From positions 480,001 through 544,000 of the forward strand of contig CAWAIF010000003.1 in the NCBI GenBank assembly GCA_963782055.1: DNA of 64,000 nucleotides. The letters run 5' to 3'. How positions within the stretch are numbered: the first letter of the stretch is position 1; every line of letters begins with the position of its first letter. The position numbers and the translations under genes were made by a program. This document shows positions 33,933-44,161 of this stretch, piece by piece. The stretch is from an uncultured delta proteobacterium. GTDB taxonomy: Bacteria; Myxococcota_A; Polyangia; Polyangiales; Polyangiaceae. The notes beneath the pieces were generated by a model that was not told the DNA's origin, made no database searches, and was given only the letters and a program-made list of their open reading frames with translations.

Positions 33933-35672
33933 TCACTGCCCCGCGCGCGCGCGGAGGCGGAGTGACACCTTCACGAGCGCGTCGTCCGCCTTGTTGGCGT
34001 TCGACTTCGTGTCGGCTTCGACCACCTTGTCCAGCGCGTCCGCGGCGGCGACGTCGCCCTTCGGAGCGAGCTCGTCGATCGCCACGCTCACGGCCAGCCG
34101 CGCGCCCGGGTTCTCGACCTTGCCGATCTTCGCCACGAGCGCCTTGCGGGTGGCGTCGTCGCCGATCATCCCGGCCATCGCCGCGGCCTTGATCGCCTTC
34201 CAGTTGGCGGTGGGCGGGCTGGAGGGAACCGGCTCGTCCAGGACCTTGACGTAGCAGGCCGCGTCCTTCTTGCACTGGTCCAGCACGCCCGCGGCGCGGT
34301 CGTACGCGTCGCGGAGGTTGGCCACCGCGCTCTTCTCGTCCTTGCTCATGGAGGTGGACTCGAGCGCGCTCAGGGCGGCGCCGACCATCTTCTTCTGGTC
34401 GGGCTGCATCACCTTCGTCGCGGCCTGGATGGCGTTGAGCTTGGCGGCGATGACGAAGTCGCCCTTGGCCGCGGAGCCTTCCTTCAGCATCCACGGGATG
34501 AGGGAGGGGTCGTTGAACTCGCTGGAGACCTGGAGCAGGCCGGAGCGCTCGCGCCCGGTGGTCTCGCCGCCCTTGTCGGTGATGGGCGGGAGCTTCGCGT
34601 AGAGTTCCTTGAAGTCCTCCACGAGCTTGGGGTCGTGCGGGAACCAGATGAGCGACTGCGCGACCGCGGCGCGGTTGGTGTCGTTGTCCAGCGACGGGAT
34701 CGCGGCGACGATGGCGTCCTTCGCGGCTTCCACCGAGGAGTACGAGAGGATGTCCACCAGCAGGATGACGTAGCCCTTCTCCTCCCCCCACTCGGGGTAG
34801 AGCTTGGCGAAGTCCGGGTCGCTGCCGGAGAGCGCGGCGGCGAGGATGGGCACCGAGGCCTTCGGCATCTTGAGGAGCGCCGTCTTCGCCGCGTTGGCGA
34901 GCTTCAGCTTGTTCTTGGTCATGATGACCGTGACGAGCGCCTTGCACGCCGGCGCGAACTTGAGCGCGCTGATCGTCTGCACCGCCGTCATCTGCCAGAA
35001 ATCGAGCTGGTCGTTGACGGGCTGGTCGGTGAGCACCACCGGCGCGGCGAGCATGGCCACCGCCTTCGGCCCGTAGGAAGGGTCCTTCACCGCGAGCACG
35101 GCGTCGTGGATGGCGTGCGTGGCCTGGATGGAGTGGCTCTTGGTGGGCGTGAACTTGGTGAAGCACTTCCACAGGGCGTCGATGACGGTCTGGTCCAGCT
35201 TGGTGCCGTGGTCGGCGAGCCAGCCCACGGCCTCGGCGGCGTACTTCACGTCGTCGTCCATGCCGCTCTCGTACTCGTTGAACGCCTTGGCGAAGGCGGG
35301 CGACGCGCGCTTGTCCTTCATGTCGGACAGCGTCTTCATCAGGTCCTTGCGGGTCTTCTCGTCGAGGTTGCCCGCGGTGTAGGTCTTGGTGAGCGGCTCC
35401 ACCGCCACGTCGAGCACCGCCTTCACCTCCGGGGAGTCCGGCTTCTTGCCGCTCCGGCTCATGGCGTCCTCGTAGAACTCGCCGAGCCGCTTGACCGCGG
35501 CCGAGCGCTGCGCGGGATCGTCCAGGCGCTTGACCCATGTCTTCGGGTCGTTCTCGTCGTCGCAGGCCGTCAGCCCCACACTGACCGCCACGAGCGGGCC
35601 GGCGACGGCGAGCGTGGGGAGGGTGATGCGGAGGGCGAACGAGAGGGCTTGTCCCAGCTTGCGCGTCTTCAT
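33933..35672 (-). CDS. HEAT-repeat-like alpha-solenoid lipoprotein
   Basis: Lipobox LTA-C; Ala/Leu/Lys helical repeats throughout; 7 bp upstream of the activator gene. Confidence 0.75.
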   Translation of the reverse strand: MKTRKLGQALSFALRITLPTLAVAGPLVAVSVGLTACDDENDPKTWVKRLDDPAQRSAAVKRLGEFYEDAMSRSGKKPDSPEVKAVLDVAVEPLTKTYTAGNLDEKTRKDLMKTLSDMKDKRASPAFAKAFNEYESGMDDDVKYAAEAVGWLADHGTKLDQTVIDALWKCFTKFTPTKSHSIQATHAIHDAVLAVKDPSYGPKAVAMLAAPVVLTDQPVNDQLDFWQMTAVQTISALKFAPACKALVTVIMTKNKLKLANAAKTALLKMPKASVPILAAALSGSDPDFAKLYPEWGEEKGYVILLVDILSYSSVEAAKDAIVAAIPSLDNDTNRAAVAQSLIWFPHDPKLVEDFKELYAKLPPITDKGGETTGRERSGLLQVSSEFNDPSLIPWMLKEGSAAKGDFVIAAKLNAIQAATKVMQPDQKKMVGAALSALESTSMSKDEKSAVANLRDAYDRAAGVLDQCKKDAACYVKVLDEPVPSSPPTANWKAIKAAAMAGMIGDDATRKALVAKIGKVENPGARLAVSVAIDELAPKGDVAAADALDKVVEADTKSNANKADDALVKVSLRLRARAGQ

Positions 35673-35795
35673 GGCGAGCGTCCTTGGTTGGGCGGGGGCG
35701 TCGCGACCCCCGGGAAACGGGCAGAAAACACCCACCTCGGGGCAGACGCTAGCCCCAGAGCCCCGTGATCACAAGCGCAAGCGCAGTTCGGGCGG

Positions 35796-36974
35796 CTACC
35801 CGATGATCATCGCCTCGGAGAGGAGCTTGCCCTCCTTGAAGCGCCTCAGGTTCCACCGGTCGAACATGGGAAGGGCGGTCCTCTCCCGGATGTGGCGGGC
35901 GATCAGCTTGCCCACGACAGGCGCCATCATGAAGCCGTGCCCCATGAAGCCGGACGCCTGGTAGAAATCGTCGACCTCGTCCACCTCGCCCACGATGGGG
36001 TTCTGGTCCGGGGTGATGTCGTAGCAGCCGGACCACTGCCGCAGCACCTTGACGCTCCCGAGCACCGGGCAAGCCCGGGTGAGGGCCCGCGCGTAGAGGC
36101 CGAGGAAGGCGAAGCCGGACCCCTGGTCGATGCCGGGTGGCACCCGCGTCTGGCCCACGCCCCCCACGATCTCGCCGCGCGTGGACTGGCTGAAGTAGAG
36201 GCCGTCGGTGAGGTCGGCCACCAGCGGCTTCAGCCAGGGCTTGAGCGGCTCGGTCGAGCAGATCTCGTGGCGGTGCGGCTGGTTGGGCAGCTCCACGCCG
36301 AGCAGCCGCGCCACCTCCGGCGACCACGCGCCGGCGGCGTTGACCACCCGGTGGGTGCGGACCTTCTCCGCGTCCCCCACGTGCTCGCCGTCCGGTCCGA
36401 CCCGCCGCGTCACGACGGCGTCGATGCGGCGCCCGGTGGTCTCGAAGCCGATGACGTCGCGGAAGGTCTCCACGTCGACGCCCAGCTTGCGCGCGCCCTG
36501 GGCGAAGCCCCAGACGAAGGGCCAGGGGAAGACCACGCCGTCGTCGCCGTTGTAGCTGGCCGCGACGACCCCGCTCACGTCCAGCTCGGGGACGAGCTTC
36601 TGCGCCTGCTTCGGCGTGAGCATGCGCGTGCCCAGGCCGCACGCCTTCTGCACCTTCACGCTCTGCTCCAGCGCGCGGCGCCTGTCCTCCGAGCGCACCA
36701 GGAAGAGGTAGCCGCCCTGGCGGAACCACACGTTGATCTTCATCTCGCTGGCGAACTCGCGGCACAGGCGGATGCTCTCCTGCATCAGCCGGACGTTCGC
36801 CTCGCTCGACCACTGCGCGCGCACGCCGCCGCCGTTGCGCCCGCTCGCGCCGCCGCAGAGGTAGCCGCGGTCGAGCACCACCACGTCGTTCGTTCCCTCC
36901 TTCGCCAGGTGATAGGCGATGGCGAGCCCCATGATGCCGGCCCCGACGACGACGATCTCCGCGCGGTCCCGCAT
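35796..36974 (-). CDS. FAD-dependent oxidoreductase (DAO / sarcosine oxidase beta family)
   Basis: VVGAGIMG, GASGRNGG, VNAAGAWS, TPDQNPIVG, GFMGHGFM. Confidence 0.92.
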   Translation of the reverse strand: MRDRAEIVVVGAGIMGLAIAYHLAKEGTNDVVVLDRGYLCGGASGRNGGGVRAQWSSEANVRLMQESIRLCREFASEMKINVWFRQGGYLFLVRSEDRRRALEQSVKVQKACGLGTRMLTPKQAQKLVPELDVSGVVAASYNGDDGVVFPWPFVWGFAQGARKLGVDVETFRDVIGFETTGRRIDAVVTRRVGPDGEHVGDAEKVRTHRVVNAAGAWSPEVARLLGVELPNQPHRHEICSTEPLKPWLKPLVADLTDGLYFSQSTRGEIVGGVGQTRVPPGIDQGSGFAFLGLYARALTRACPVLGSVKVLRQWSGCYDITPDQNPIVGEVDEVDDFYQASGFMGHGFMMAPVVGKLIARHIRERTALPMFDRWNLRRFKEGKLLSEAMIIG

Positions 36975-37002
36975 GCGCGAACAATGCTAGCGCAGAACCG
37001 GA

Positions 37003-37818
37003 TCAGCCGCCGAGCGCGGCGAGCACCGCCGGGCGCAGGGCCGGCGTGGTGACGAGGGTGCCGCCGAGCAGGTCGATCGTCCCGCGCGCGTAGTCCACCG
37101 GCGCCCCGCGCGTGTCGGACAGGAGCGCGCCCGCGCCCGCGGCGATGGCCCCCGGCGCGCACGCGTCCCACAGGCTGCCCGCCCTGCCGAGGTGCAGGTA
37201 GATCTCCGCCTCCCCCGCGGCCACGAGCGCCACCTTGATGCCCGCGCTCCCGACGCGCCGCACGTCGGTGATGCCCAGCCGCGCCAGCGCGTCCAGCGTC
37301 TCGGGGCTCGCCCGGGACCGCGACACCACGGCCCTGGCGCGCGAGGGATCGGCCTCGGGCGAAGCGCGCAGCGGCCGGCGCGAGCCATCGGCGGCGATCT
37401 CGAAGGCGCCGGCGCCCGGCCCGCCGGCGAAGACGCGCCCCATCGCCGGGCAGTCCACCACGCCGAGCGCCGCGCGGCCGGCGCGCGCCAGGCCGATCAT
37501 CACCGCGAACTCGCCGTTGTGGGCGATGAAGTCGCGCGTGCCGTCGAGCGGGTCGACGAAGAAGGTCTCCGCCGCGCCCTCGCGGGCGGCGAAGGTGGAG
37601 GGGTCGCTCTCCTCCGCCACCACCGGCACCCCCGGGGCGACGCGGGCGAGCGCGGCGACGATCTCCGCGTTGGCCGCGCGGTCCACCTCGGTCACCGGAT
37701 CGCCCGGAGACTTGTATTGTACATGGACCTGCCGCGCGTAGCCGTCCATCACGATGCGCGCGGCGTCACGCGCCATGCGCACCAGCTCCTCGAGCAGGGC
37801 AGCGTCCCCGCCGCTCAC
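37003..37818 (-). CDS. cysQ: CysQ / inositol monophosphatase family phosphatase
   Basis: PVTEVD, AEES, FVDPLDGTRDF, GSAGIK, WD; GTGA overlap with the upstream gene. Confidence 0.8.
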   Translation of the reverse strand: MSGGDAALLEELVRMARDAARIVMDGYARQVHVQYKSPGDPVTEVDRAANAEIVAALARVAPGVPVVAEESDPSTFAAREGAAETFFVDPLDGTRDFIAHNGEFAVMIGLARAGRAALGVVDCPAMGRVFAGGPGAGAFEIAADGSRRPLRASPEADPSRARAVVSRSRASPETLDALARLGITDVRRVGSAGIKVALVAAGEAEIYLHLGRAGSLWDACAPGAIAAGAGALLSDTRGAPVDYARGTIDLLGGTLVTTPALRPAVLAALGG

Positions 37819-38759
37819 GTGAGGATCCCCACCTTGCCGAGCACGCGCGGCAGCCGGGCGAGGGCTGCGTCGGGGAGGTAGCGCGGGCCGCCGCCCGTCT
37901 CGCGCACGAGCTGCTCGGCCTGCTCCACGGTGTGCGGGCCCAGCACCACCGACGAGACGAGCGTGTTGGCCAGGACGAAGCGGACCGCCGCGGCCCGGAG
38001 GGTCTGCACCTCGCCCTGGACGAGGAAGCGCAGCGCGTCGAGCTGCTCGACGCGGTGCTCCAGCTCCAGCCGCGTCCAGCGCTCGTTGCGGTGGTCCGCC
38101 TCCTCGAAGGTGCGCTCCCGCGACCACGTGCCGGCGAGCAGGCCGTAGTCCAGCGGGGAGCGCGCGAGCACGCCGGCGCCGGTGACCATCACGTCCCCGG
38201 CGACGCGGTGCAGGTCGACGGAGTGCATCAGGTTGTAGGCGAGCTCCACGACCTCCGCGTCCTTGTCCAGCGCGGCGCGGGCGATCTCGTCGGTCCCCGC
38301 GGAGACGCCCCAGTGCGCGATCTTGCCCTTGTCCTTCAGCGCGAGCATCGCGTCCACGGCCTCGCTGGAGAGCACGGCGTCCAGGCTCGGGTTGTGCAGC
38401 AGGTAGACGTCGATCACGTCGCGCCCGAGGCGCTTGCGCGAGCGATCCACGCTCTGCTCCAGGTACTCGCGCTCGAAGTGCTTGCGCGGGGGGTCGGTGG
38501 TGCGGTCGGTGCCGCCCTTGGTCACCACCACCACGTCGTCCTGCTTGGCGATGACGCGCCCGACGAGGCGCTCCATCCGCCCCCCGCCGTAGGAGTCCGC
38601 CGTGTCGACGAGGGTGATGCCCATCTCCAGGCAGCGCCTCAGCACGCGCTCGGCGTCCGGCTCCGCGACCGGGCCGTACGCCTCACCGGACAGGCCCCAG
38701 GTGCCGATCGCCATCTCGGCGACGTAGAGCCCGGTCTTTCCGAGGGCGCGCTTCCTCAC
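37815..38759 (-). CDS. Aldo/keto reductase
   Basis: IGTWGL, DTADSYG, TKGG, IDVYLLHNP, GKIAHWGVS. Confidence 0.93.
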   Translation of the reverse strand: MRKRALGKTGLYVAEMAIGTWGLSGEAYGPVAEPDAERVLRRCLEMGITLVDTADSYGGGRMERLVGRVIAKQDDVVVVTKGGTDRTTDPPRKHFEREYLEQSVDRSRKRLGRDVIDVYLLHNPSLDAVLSSEAVDAMLALKDKGKIAHWGVSAGTDEIARAALDKDAEVVELAYNLMHSVDLHRVAGDVMVTGAGVLARSPLDYGLLAGTWSRERTFEEADHRNERWTRLELEHRVEQLDALRFLVQGEVQTLRAAAVRFVLANTLVSSVVLGPHTVEQAEQLVRETGGGPRYLPDAALARLPRVLGKVGILT

Positions 38760-39080
38760 CGGGCAGGGTGTACTGGACCCGCGCCCCGGCCTCAAGCTGG
38801 CGAGGCCCAGCTCCCTGGCCCCACCCCTTTGCCAAGGGCGCGGGGCTTTCGCCCCCGCCAGAACTTTACAGCCCTGTTTTCAGGGCGCTTTTTCTGGAAC
38901 CTGCGCCCCCGGACCGTGTCTCTTCCGGTGAGGCGCAATCGAGCGCCGAAGACGACAGGGCGGCGAAGCCGGATGGTCCGAGCCGCCGCCCAACCACTGG
39001 GCACGTCCGCCGGCGCCACACGCCAGCGTCTCGCGCCCACCCACCTGCGCGCCACCGCGCGCACCGAGGAGGACTGTGTC

Positions 39081-40532
39081 ATGGCGGCGTATTCATCGAC
39101 GGGCGTTTCGGCAAAGGGTTTCGCGGCGGAGGCGGGCGACGCCAAGGGCTACGAGATCGACATCACCCTGTACTGGGGCAGCACCGCCGGGGGTAACGCC
39201 ATCGCCGAGCAGCACCTGCCCGTCGGTTCGAGCGTGCTCGTCGGCGAGGACGCCGCCTGCCACTTCACGGTCCCCGGCGAGACGCTCGGCGCGCAGTCGC
39301 ACCAGCTCGTCACCTGCGACGGCGGCGAGGTCACCATCCACCCGCCGGCGGGCGCCGCGGTCTTCGTCGATCGCTTGATGCATCAAGGGTCCTTCGTGCT
39401 GCGCGCCGGGCACACCGCGGACGTGACGGTGGGCGGCTTCACCTTCCGCATCGGCGTCGCGGAGAAGGAGAAGGCGGTCCCGCGCGCCTTCGCCAAGCTG
39501 GAGGACAGCGCGCTGCCGACGATCGCCGGCGCGGGGGTGTTCCACGCCGCCCTCTTCGCCGCCTTCGCCTTCTTCATGCCCGCGATGGGCAACGCCGACG
39601 ACGCGGGCATCAACCGCGACCACATGCTCGCGATGAAGCACTACATGTCCAGCATCGCCGAGAAGGAGCAAGACGAGATCGACCACGCCTCCGCGCAGGA
39701 CGCGCGCGGCGCCGAGTCGCAGGCCTCCGGCGGGGCGCGCGCCAAGGACGCCGAGGGCGCGATGGGCGGCCCGAAGCCGGTCACCAAGCCCGGCCGCTGG
39801 AGCGAGAAGGGCGACAGCAAGCCCGAGGACATGACCCTCGCCCGCCAGCACGCGCTGGAGGAGGCCGAGAAGTTCGGCATGATCGGCCTGCTCAGCACCG
39901 CGGAGGCCGCGGACCCCAACGCCCCGGTGGTGCCGTGGGGCAGCGTCGCCTCGGGCGCCGACCAGGAGAGCCACATGGGCAACCTCTGGGCGGGCGACAT
40001 CGGCGACGCCTTCGGCAGCGGCCTCGGCCTCACCGGCACCGGAGAGGGTGGCGGCGGCAAGGGCGAGGGGCTCGGCGTCAACGACGTGGGGGGTCTCGGC
40101 CGGTCGCTCGACAACCGCCTGGGCGCCTGCACCGGCGGCGACTGCGGCCACGGCCACGGTCACGGTCACGTCCCCGGCACCCACGTGGCGAAGGGCCCGT
40201 CGGTCCACTGGCGCAACCCCACGATCGACACCAACGGCCGCCTCGACCCGCAGGTCATCCAGCGCGTCGTGCGCCTGAACTCCGGCCGCTTCATCGGCTG
40301 CTACCAGGACGGCCTGCGCAGCAACCCGAGCCTGCAGGGGCGCGTCGCGGTGCAGTTCCTCATCGGGCGCGACGGCAGCGTGGCGACCGCCGCGGACACC
40401 TCCGGCAGCGACCTCGCCGACCCCGGCGTCCGCTCCTGCGTCGTGCGCAGCTTCTACAGCCTGAGCTTCCCCTCGCCGAAGGGCGGCACCGTCCGGGTCA
40501 TCTACCCCTTCAGCTTCACCCCGGCGGACTGA
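39081..40532 (+). CDS. AgmX/PglI C-terminal (TonB-C-like) domain protein, GltG-like architecture
   Basis: SD GAGGAG; beta-rich N-domain, single TM, Gly-rich linker, C-domain GRLDPQVIQRVVR...CYQ...GRVAVQFLI...C...FPSPKGGTVRVIYPF. Confidence 0.85.
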   Translation: MAAYSSTGVSAKGFAAEAGDAKGYEIDITLYWGSTAGGNAIAEQHLPVGSSVLVGEDAACHFTVPGETLGAQSHQLVTCDGGEVTIHPPAGAAVFVDRLMHQGSFVLRAGHTADVTVGGFTFRIGVAEKEKAVPRAFAKLEDSALPTIAGAGVFHAALFAAFAFFMPAMGNADDAGINRDHMLAMKHYMSSIAEKEQDEIDHASAQDARGAESQASGGARAKDAEGAMGGPKPVTKPGRWSEKGDSKPEDMTLARQHALEEAEKFGMIGLLSTAEAADPNAPVVPWGSVASGADQESHMGNLWAGDIGDAFGSGLGLTGTGEGGGGKGEGLGVNDVGGLGRSLDNRLGACTGGDCGHGHGHGHVPGTHVAKGPSVHWRNPTIDTNGRLDPQVIQRVVRLNSGRFIGCYQDGLRSNPSLQGRVAVQFLIGRDGSVATAADTSGSDLADPGVRSCVVRSFYSLSFPSPKGGTVRVIYPFSFTPAD

Positions 40533-42603
40533 ACAGCCAGTAGTGGAAGGAGGTGAACGACCCTCCCCGAGCGCGAAGCTCGAGGGGGGTCGTCGCCTTT
40601 GCGGCGTCCGCCGGTACGTCGAACGTCTGCTCCGTCCACTCGTTGCCCGGCAGCGCCAGCGTCGCGATCACGCGCCCGCCGGCCAGCACCTCCACCGCGC
40701 AGCGGTCCTTCGACTTCAGCCGGGCGATGCCGTGCGCGAGGCGGCCTGCGGGCAGGTGCACCACGAAGCGCTCGCGGGTGCGGCGCGTGCGTCCGCCGTC
40801 CAGCACCTCCCGGCCGTCGGGCGTCGAGCCGTCCTCCACCGCCTCCTCCCCGTCGCGCGCGCCGAGCAGCTCGTAGGAATGCGCGGCCTCGCTCTCCAGG
40901 TCGGCCACGTCCAGCGCGTCCGCCGGAGCGCCCTCCACCCGGGTCCACGGCTGCTCCCCGGAGCCGAGCAGGGAGTAGTCGGCGACGTAGGCGACCATGT
41001 CCTGCCCGCCCAGGATGGTGGAGTCGGTGACGCGCTCCTCGTGGAGCTGCTCGCCGAAGAGGGCCCGCGTGCCGAACCACTCCGGGTAGACGATGAAGTG
41101 CGTGGGCAGCGCGCCGGGGTCGGTGCGACGCAGCCGCTCGTAGTGCTCGACGCGCGAGGCCACCCCCGCCACCCAGTACCGCGCCTCGCCCGCGGTGGTG
41201 AGGCCGACGATGTCGAAGGTCTTGCGGTCGCTGAAGTAGGCGATGGCGCCGGTGTCGTTGACGCCGATGATCGCGTCCCTGGGCAGGTTGTCCTTCGCCC
41301 AGCGCGCCATGGTGACGTGCTGGCGGTAGATGCCGCTCGCCGAGTTGGCGACGTCGTCGATCGTCCAGTCCAGGCGCACCGCGAGCGCGCCGGCGAAGGC
41401 GCCGGCGATCATCGGGACGCCCCACCGCGCGCGCGGGTGGAGCGCGGTCGCCAGGTCGGCCAGCACCGTCGCCACGCACGCCATCCCGATGATCCACCCG
41501 GTGCTGAAGGGCCAGAGGTAGCGAAGTCGGTTCCAGAGGAAGGTCACGTAGAAGCACGGCGCGAACATGCCGAGCGCGAGGAGCAGCACCGCCACGGCGC
41601 GCCAGCGGCGGCCGGCGCGCCACCCCGCCACGATCACCGCCACCGGCGCCATCAGCACCAGCGGCCCAGCGCCCGTCGGCAGGAACTCCACCGACCACGT
41701 CTGCCCGTTGAGGATGGTGCCGGTGAGTGTCCTGGCGTTGGCGAGCACCGCGTCCCAGAGCGCGTGGCCGGCGTAGTACGGGTTGCCCGGCAGCAGCTTG
41801 ACCACCGCCGTGCTCGAGCGCGCGCTCCCTGTGAGCAGGTAGAGCGAGAGCGGCGTCACCACCGCGGCGAGCACCGGCGCGCCGGCCCAGGCGAGCTCGC
41901 GCGGGGTGCGCCGGCGCGGGAAGACCGCCAAGGTCACCGCGATGCCGAAGGCGGCGACCATGCCCTCCGGGCGCAGGAGCGGCGTGACGAGCGCGAGGGC
42001 GATGAGCTCCCAGCGACGCCGCGGGGTGCGCGTGTCCTCCTCCTTCCCGCCCGCCTTCGTCTTGCCCTCCGCCCACTCGCTGGCCCGCCGCGCGCACCGC
42101 GCCAGCGCCCACGCGAAGGGCATGACCTCCATGCCGCTCGCCGAGCACCAGGCGTACGCCGAGAAGCAGAGGACCATCGCCGCGCTGGCCCACGCGCCGG
42201 CGCGCCCGGCGAGCGGCTTCGCCAGGTAAAACGCCTCGTACGCGAGCAGGCCCTGCGCGGCGTAGGAGATCGCCCAGGCGGGCCAGAGGATGGAGAGCCC
42301 GCGGAAGCCCACCAGGTAGAAGGGCGCGAGCATCGCCGGCCAGAGCATGCTGGTGGCGCCGCTGGTGATGGGCGCCCCCGCCTGGTAGCGCAGCGGGTGG
42401 CCCTCCGCGATGGCCCGCGCGTACTGGAAGTGGATGAAGCTGTCGTCCAGCGTCGCGCAGGGGTGGCCGACCTGGGCGTGCAGCGCGGCGAGCGTCCGCC
42501 ACGCCAGCACCAGCGTCGCCACCGCGATGGGCAGGCCGGGCAGCCAGCGGTCGGGGATGCGGAGGCGCCACGCCCGGTCCTTCGCCTTGCGGTCGGCTGC
42601 CAC
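40516..42603 (-). CDS. Polytopic membrane protein, GT-C glycosyltransferase-like
   Basis: LDDSFIHFQYA after the first TM, SGME, RPEG, RY and DTGAIAYF...DIVGL motifs; start approximate. Confidence 0.7.
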   Translation of the reverse strand: MAADRKAKDRAWRLRIPDRWLPGLPIAVATLVLAWRTLAALHAQVGHPCATLDDSFIHFQYARAIAEGHPLRYQAGAPITSGATSMLWPAMLAPFYLVGFRGLSILWPAWAISYAAQGLLAYEAFYLAKPLAGRAGAWASAAMVLCFSAYAWCSASGMEVMPFAWALARCARRASEWAEGKTKAGGKEEDTRTPRRRWELIALALVTPLLRPEGMVAAFGIAVTLAVFPRRRTPRELAWAGAPVLAAVVTPLSLYLLTGSARSSTAVVKLLPGNPYYAGHALWDAVLANARTLTGTILNGQTWSVEFLPTGAGPLVLMAPVAVIVAGWRAGRRWRAVAVLLLALGMFAPCFYVTFLWNRLRYLWPFSTGWIIGMACVATVLADLATALHPRARWGVPMIAGAFAGALAVRLDWTIDDVANSASGIYRQHVTMARWAKDNLPRDAIIGVNDTGAIAYFSDRKTFDIVGLTTAGEARYWVAGVASRVEHYERLRRTDPGALPTHFIVYPEWFGTRALFGEQLHEERVTDSTILGGQDMVAYVADYSLLGSGEQPWTRVEGAPADALDVADLESEAAHSYELLGARDGEEAVEDGSTPDGREVLDGGRTRRTRERFVVHLPAGRLAHGIARLKSKDRCAVEVLAGGRVIATLALPGNEWTEQTFDVPADAAKATTPLELRARGGSFTSFHYWLFSPPG

Positions 42604-42657
42604 GTCGCGACCGAACACGCGCCGCCGCCGCGGGTCAAGGGGGAATATAAAGCTCCC

Positions 42658-43314
42658 ATGGCCGAGGCGAAGAAGCGTTACGAGGACGCGCCGACACTGG
42701 ACGGGGACCCGGCGGTCTTCCGTCCGGGCGCGCGCCGCGACACGCCGGTGGAGGTCGCGTCGCTCGTGCGCGGCGAGTGGGTCGAGGTGGAGATCGGCCC
42801 CGGCCGCGGCGGCTTCATGCTCGAGCGCGCCGTCGCCGAGCCGCGCGCGGGCCTCGTCGGCCTGGAGATCCGGCGCAAGTGGGCCGCCATCGTCGACGCG
42901 CGCCTCGCCGGGCTGGGCCACGGCGCGCGCGCGCGCGTCTTCGCCGAGGACGCCAGGCCCGCCCTCGCGCGACTGCGCCCCGACGCCTCGGTGCGGCGCT
43001 TCTTCCTGCACTTCCCCGACCCGTGGTGGAAGAAGCGGCACGCCAAGCGACTGGTCGTCGGCACCACCCTCCTCGACGAGATGGCGCGCCTGCTCGAGCC
43101 GGGCGGCGAGCTCTTCGTCCAGACCGACGTGGAGGAGCGGGCGGAGCAGTACGAGGCCCTCGTGCTCGCCGACGCGCGCTTCGCTCCCGCCGGGGACGCG
43201 GCCGGAAGCGCCCGGCTGGCGGACAACCCGTACGGCGCGCGCAGCCCGCGCGAGCACCGCGCCATCGCCGACGGCCTGCCGGTCCACCGGATGCGCTTCG
43301 TGCGGCAGGGCTGA
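42658..43314 (+). CDS. trmB: tRNA (guanine-N7)-methyltransferase
   Basis: EIGPGRGGF, GLEIR, FPDPWWKKRH, QTD. Confidence 0.92.
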   Translation: MAEAKKRYEDAPTLDGDPAVFRPGARRDTPVEVASLVRGEWVEVEIGPGRGGFMLERAVAEPRAGLVGLEIRRKWAAIVDARLAGLGHGARARVFAEDARPALARLRPDASVRRFFLHFPDPWWKKRHAKRLVVGTTLLDEMARLLEPGGELFVQTDVEERAEQYEALVLADARFAPAGDAAGSARLADNPYGARSPREHRAIADGLPVHRMRFVRQG

Positions 43315-43470
43315 GGCGCGTCACCGCTGACGCGCCAGGCGCCGCCGGTCCGACCTCTCCCGCGTCGCCGCCGACGCTACCCTCGCTCGTTGCGCGGTGA
43401 TTTCGTGCCTCCCGCCGGCCGCGACGATGGAACGCGTCTTGAGATGGGGATGGGTCGGAGGTCTCGACCC

Positions 43471-44157
43471 ATGCGCCTGCTCTTCTTCCCCATCTTCGTA
43501 TCCACCGTCCTCGCCACCGCGTGCAGCGTCTCGACAGGAGGCCCGGGCGATCCGCAGAGCCAGAACGACGCGGGGACGGGGGGCGACTCGCAAGCGGCGC
43601 ACCCCGACGCTGGCTTGCCGCAGCCCGTCCCGGCGGACGTGGTGGTCCAGACCACCTGCCCTGCGAGCACCGCGCCGTGCGGCGGCTCCGTCGTGGGCGT
43701 GTGGGACTACACCGGCGGCTGCGCCGAGGCCCCCCTCGACGACGTGAAGAAGGCCTGCCCGGCCGCCACCGTCTCCGACGTGCACGCCAAGGTGACCGGG
43801 CGCGTCGCCTTCGACGCGCTGACCGTGTCGCGCGCCTTCACGAGCACGTACCAGGCGACCATCACCGTCCCCGCCTCGTGCGCCACGGTCGCCGGCGGCT
43901 GCGCGGTGGTCCAGAAGGCCATGGCCCCGTCCTTTGACTCGGCCGCATGCACCGACGACGGCAGCGGCGGCTGCAGCTGCGCCGTCCAGGGCAGCCAGAG
44001 CAACTCCGCGGACACCGGCTACACCCTCCAGGGCAACACGGTCGTCACCGACGACGGAAACCGCTACGACTATTGCGTGCAGGGTTCGACGATGAGCTAC
44101 CAGCACGTCCAGGGGTCGTCTCCGGAGGCGGGCTCCTTCCAGCTCACCAAGCGCTGA
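43471..44157 (+). CDS. Cys-rich lipoprotein
   Basis: Lipobox LATA-C; CGGSVVGVW, multiple Cys, YDYCVQG. Confidence 0.78.
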   Translation: MRLLFFPIFVSTVLATACSVSTGGPGDPQSQNDAGTGGDSQAAHPDAGLPQPVPADVVVQTTCPASTAPCGGSVVGVWDYTGGCAEAPLDDVKKACPAATVSDVHAKVTGRVAFDALTVSRAFTSTYQATITVPASCATVAGGCAVVQKAMAPSFDSAACTDDGSGGCSCAVQGSQSNSADTGYTLQGNTVVTDDGNRYDYCVQGSTMSYQHVQGSSPEAGSFQLTKR

Positions 44158-44161
44158 GATC

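Noticed and set aside
38811..38860. Further copy of the REP-like palindrome upstream of the aldo/keto reductase
   Set aside because: Similarity is too weak to separate from GC-rich background
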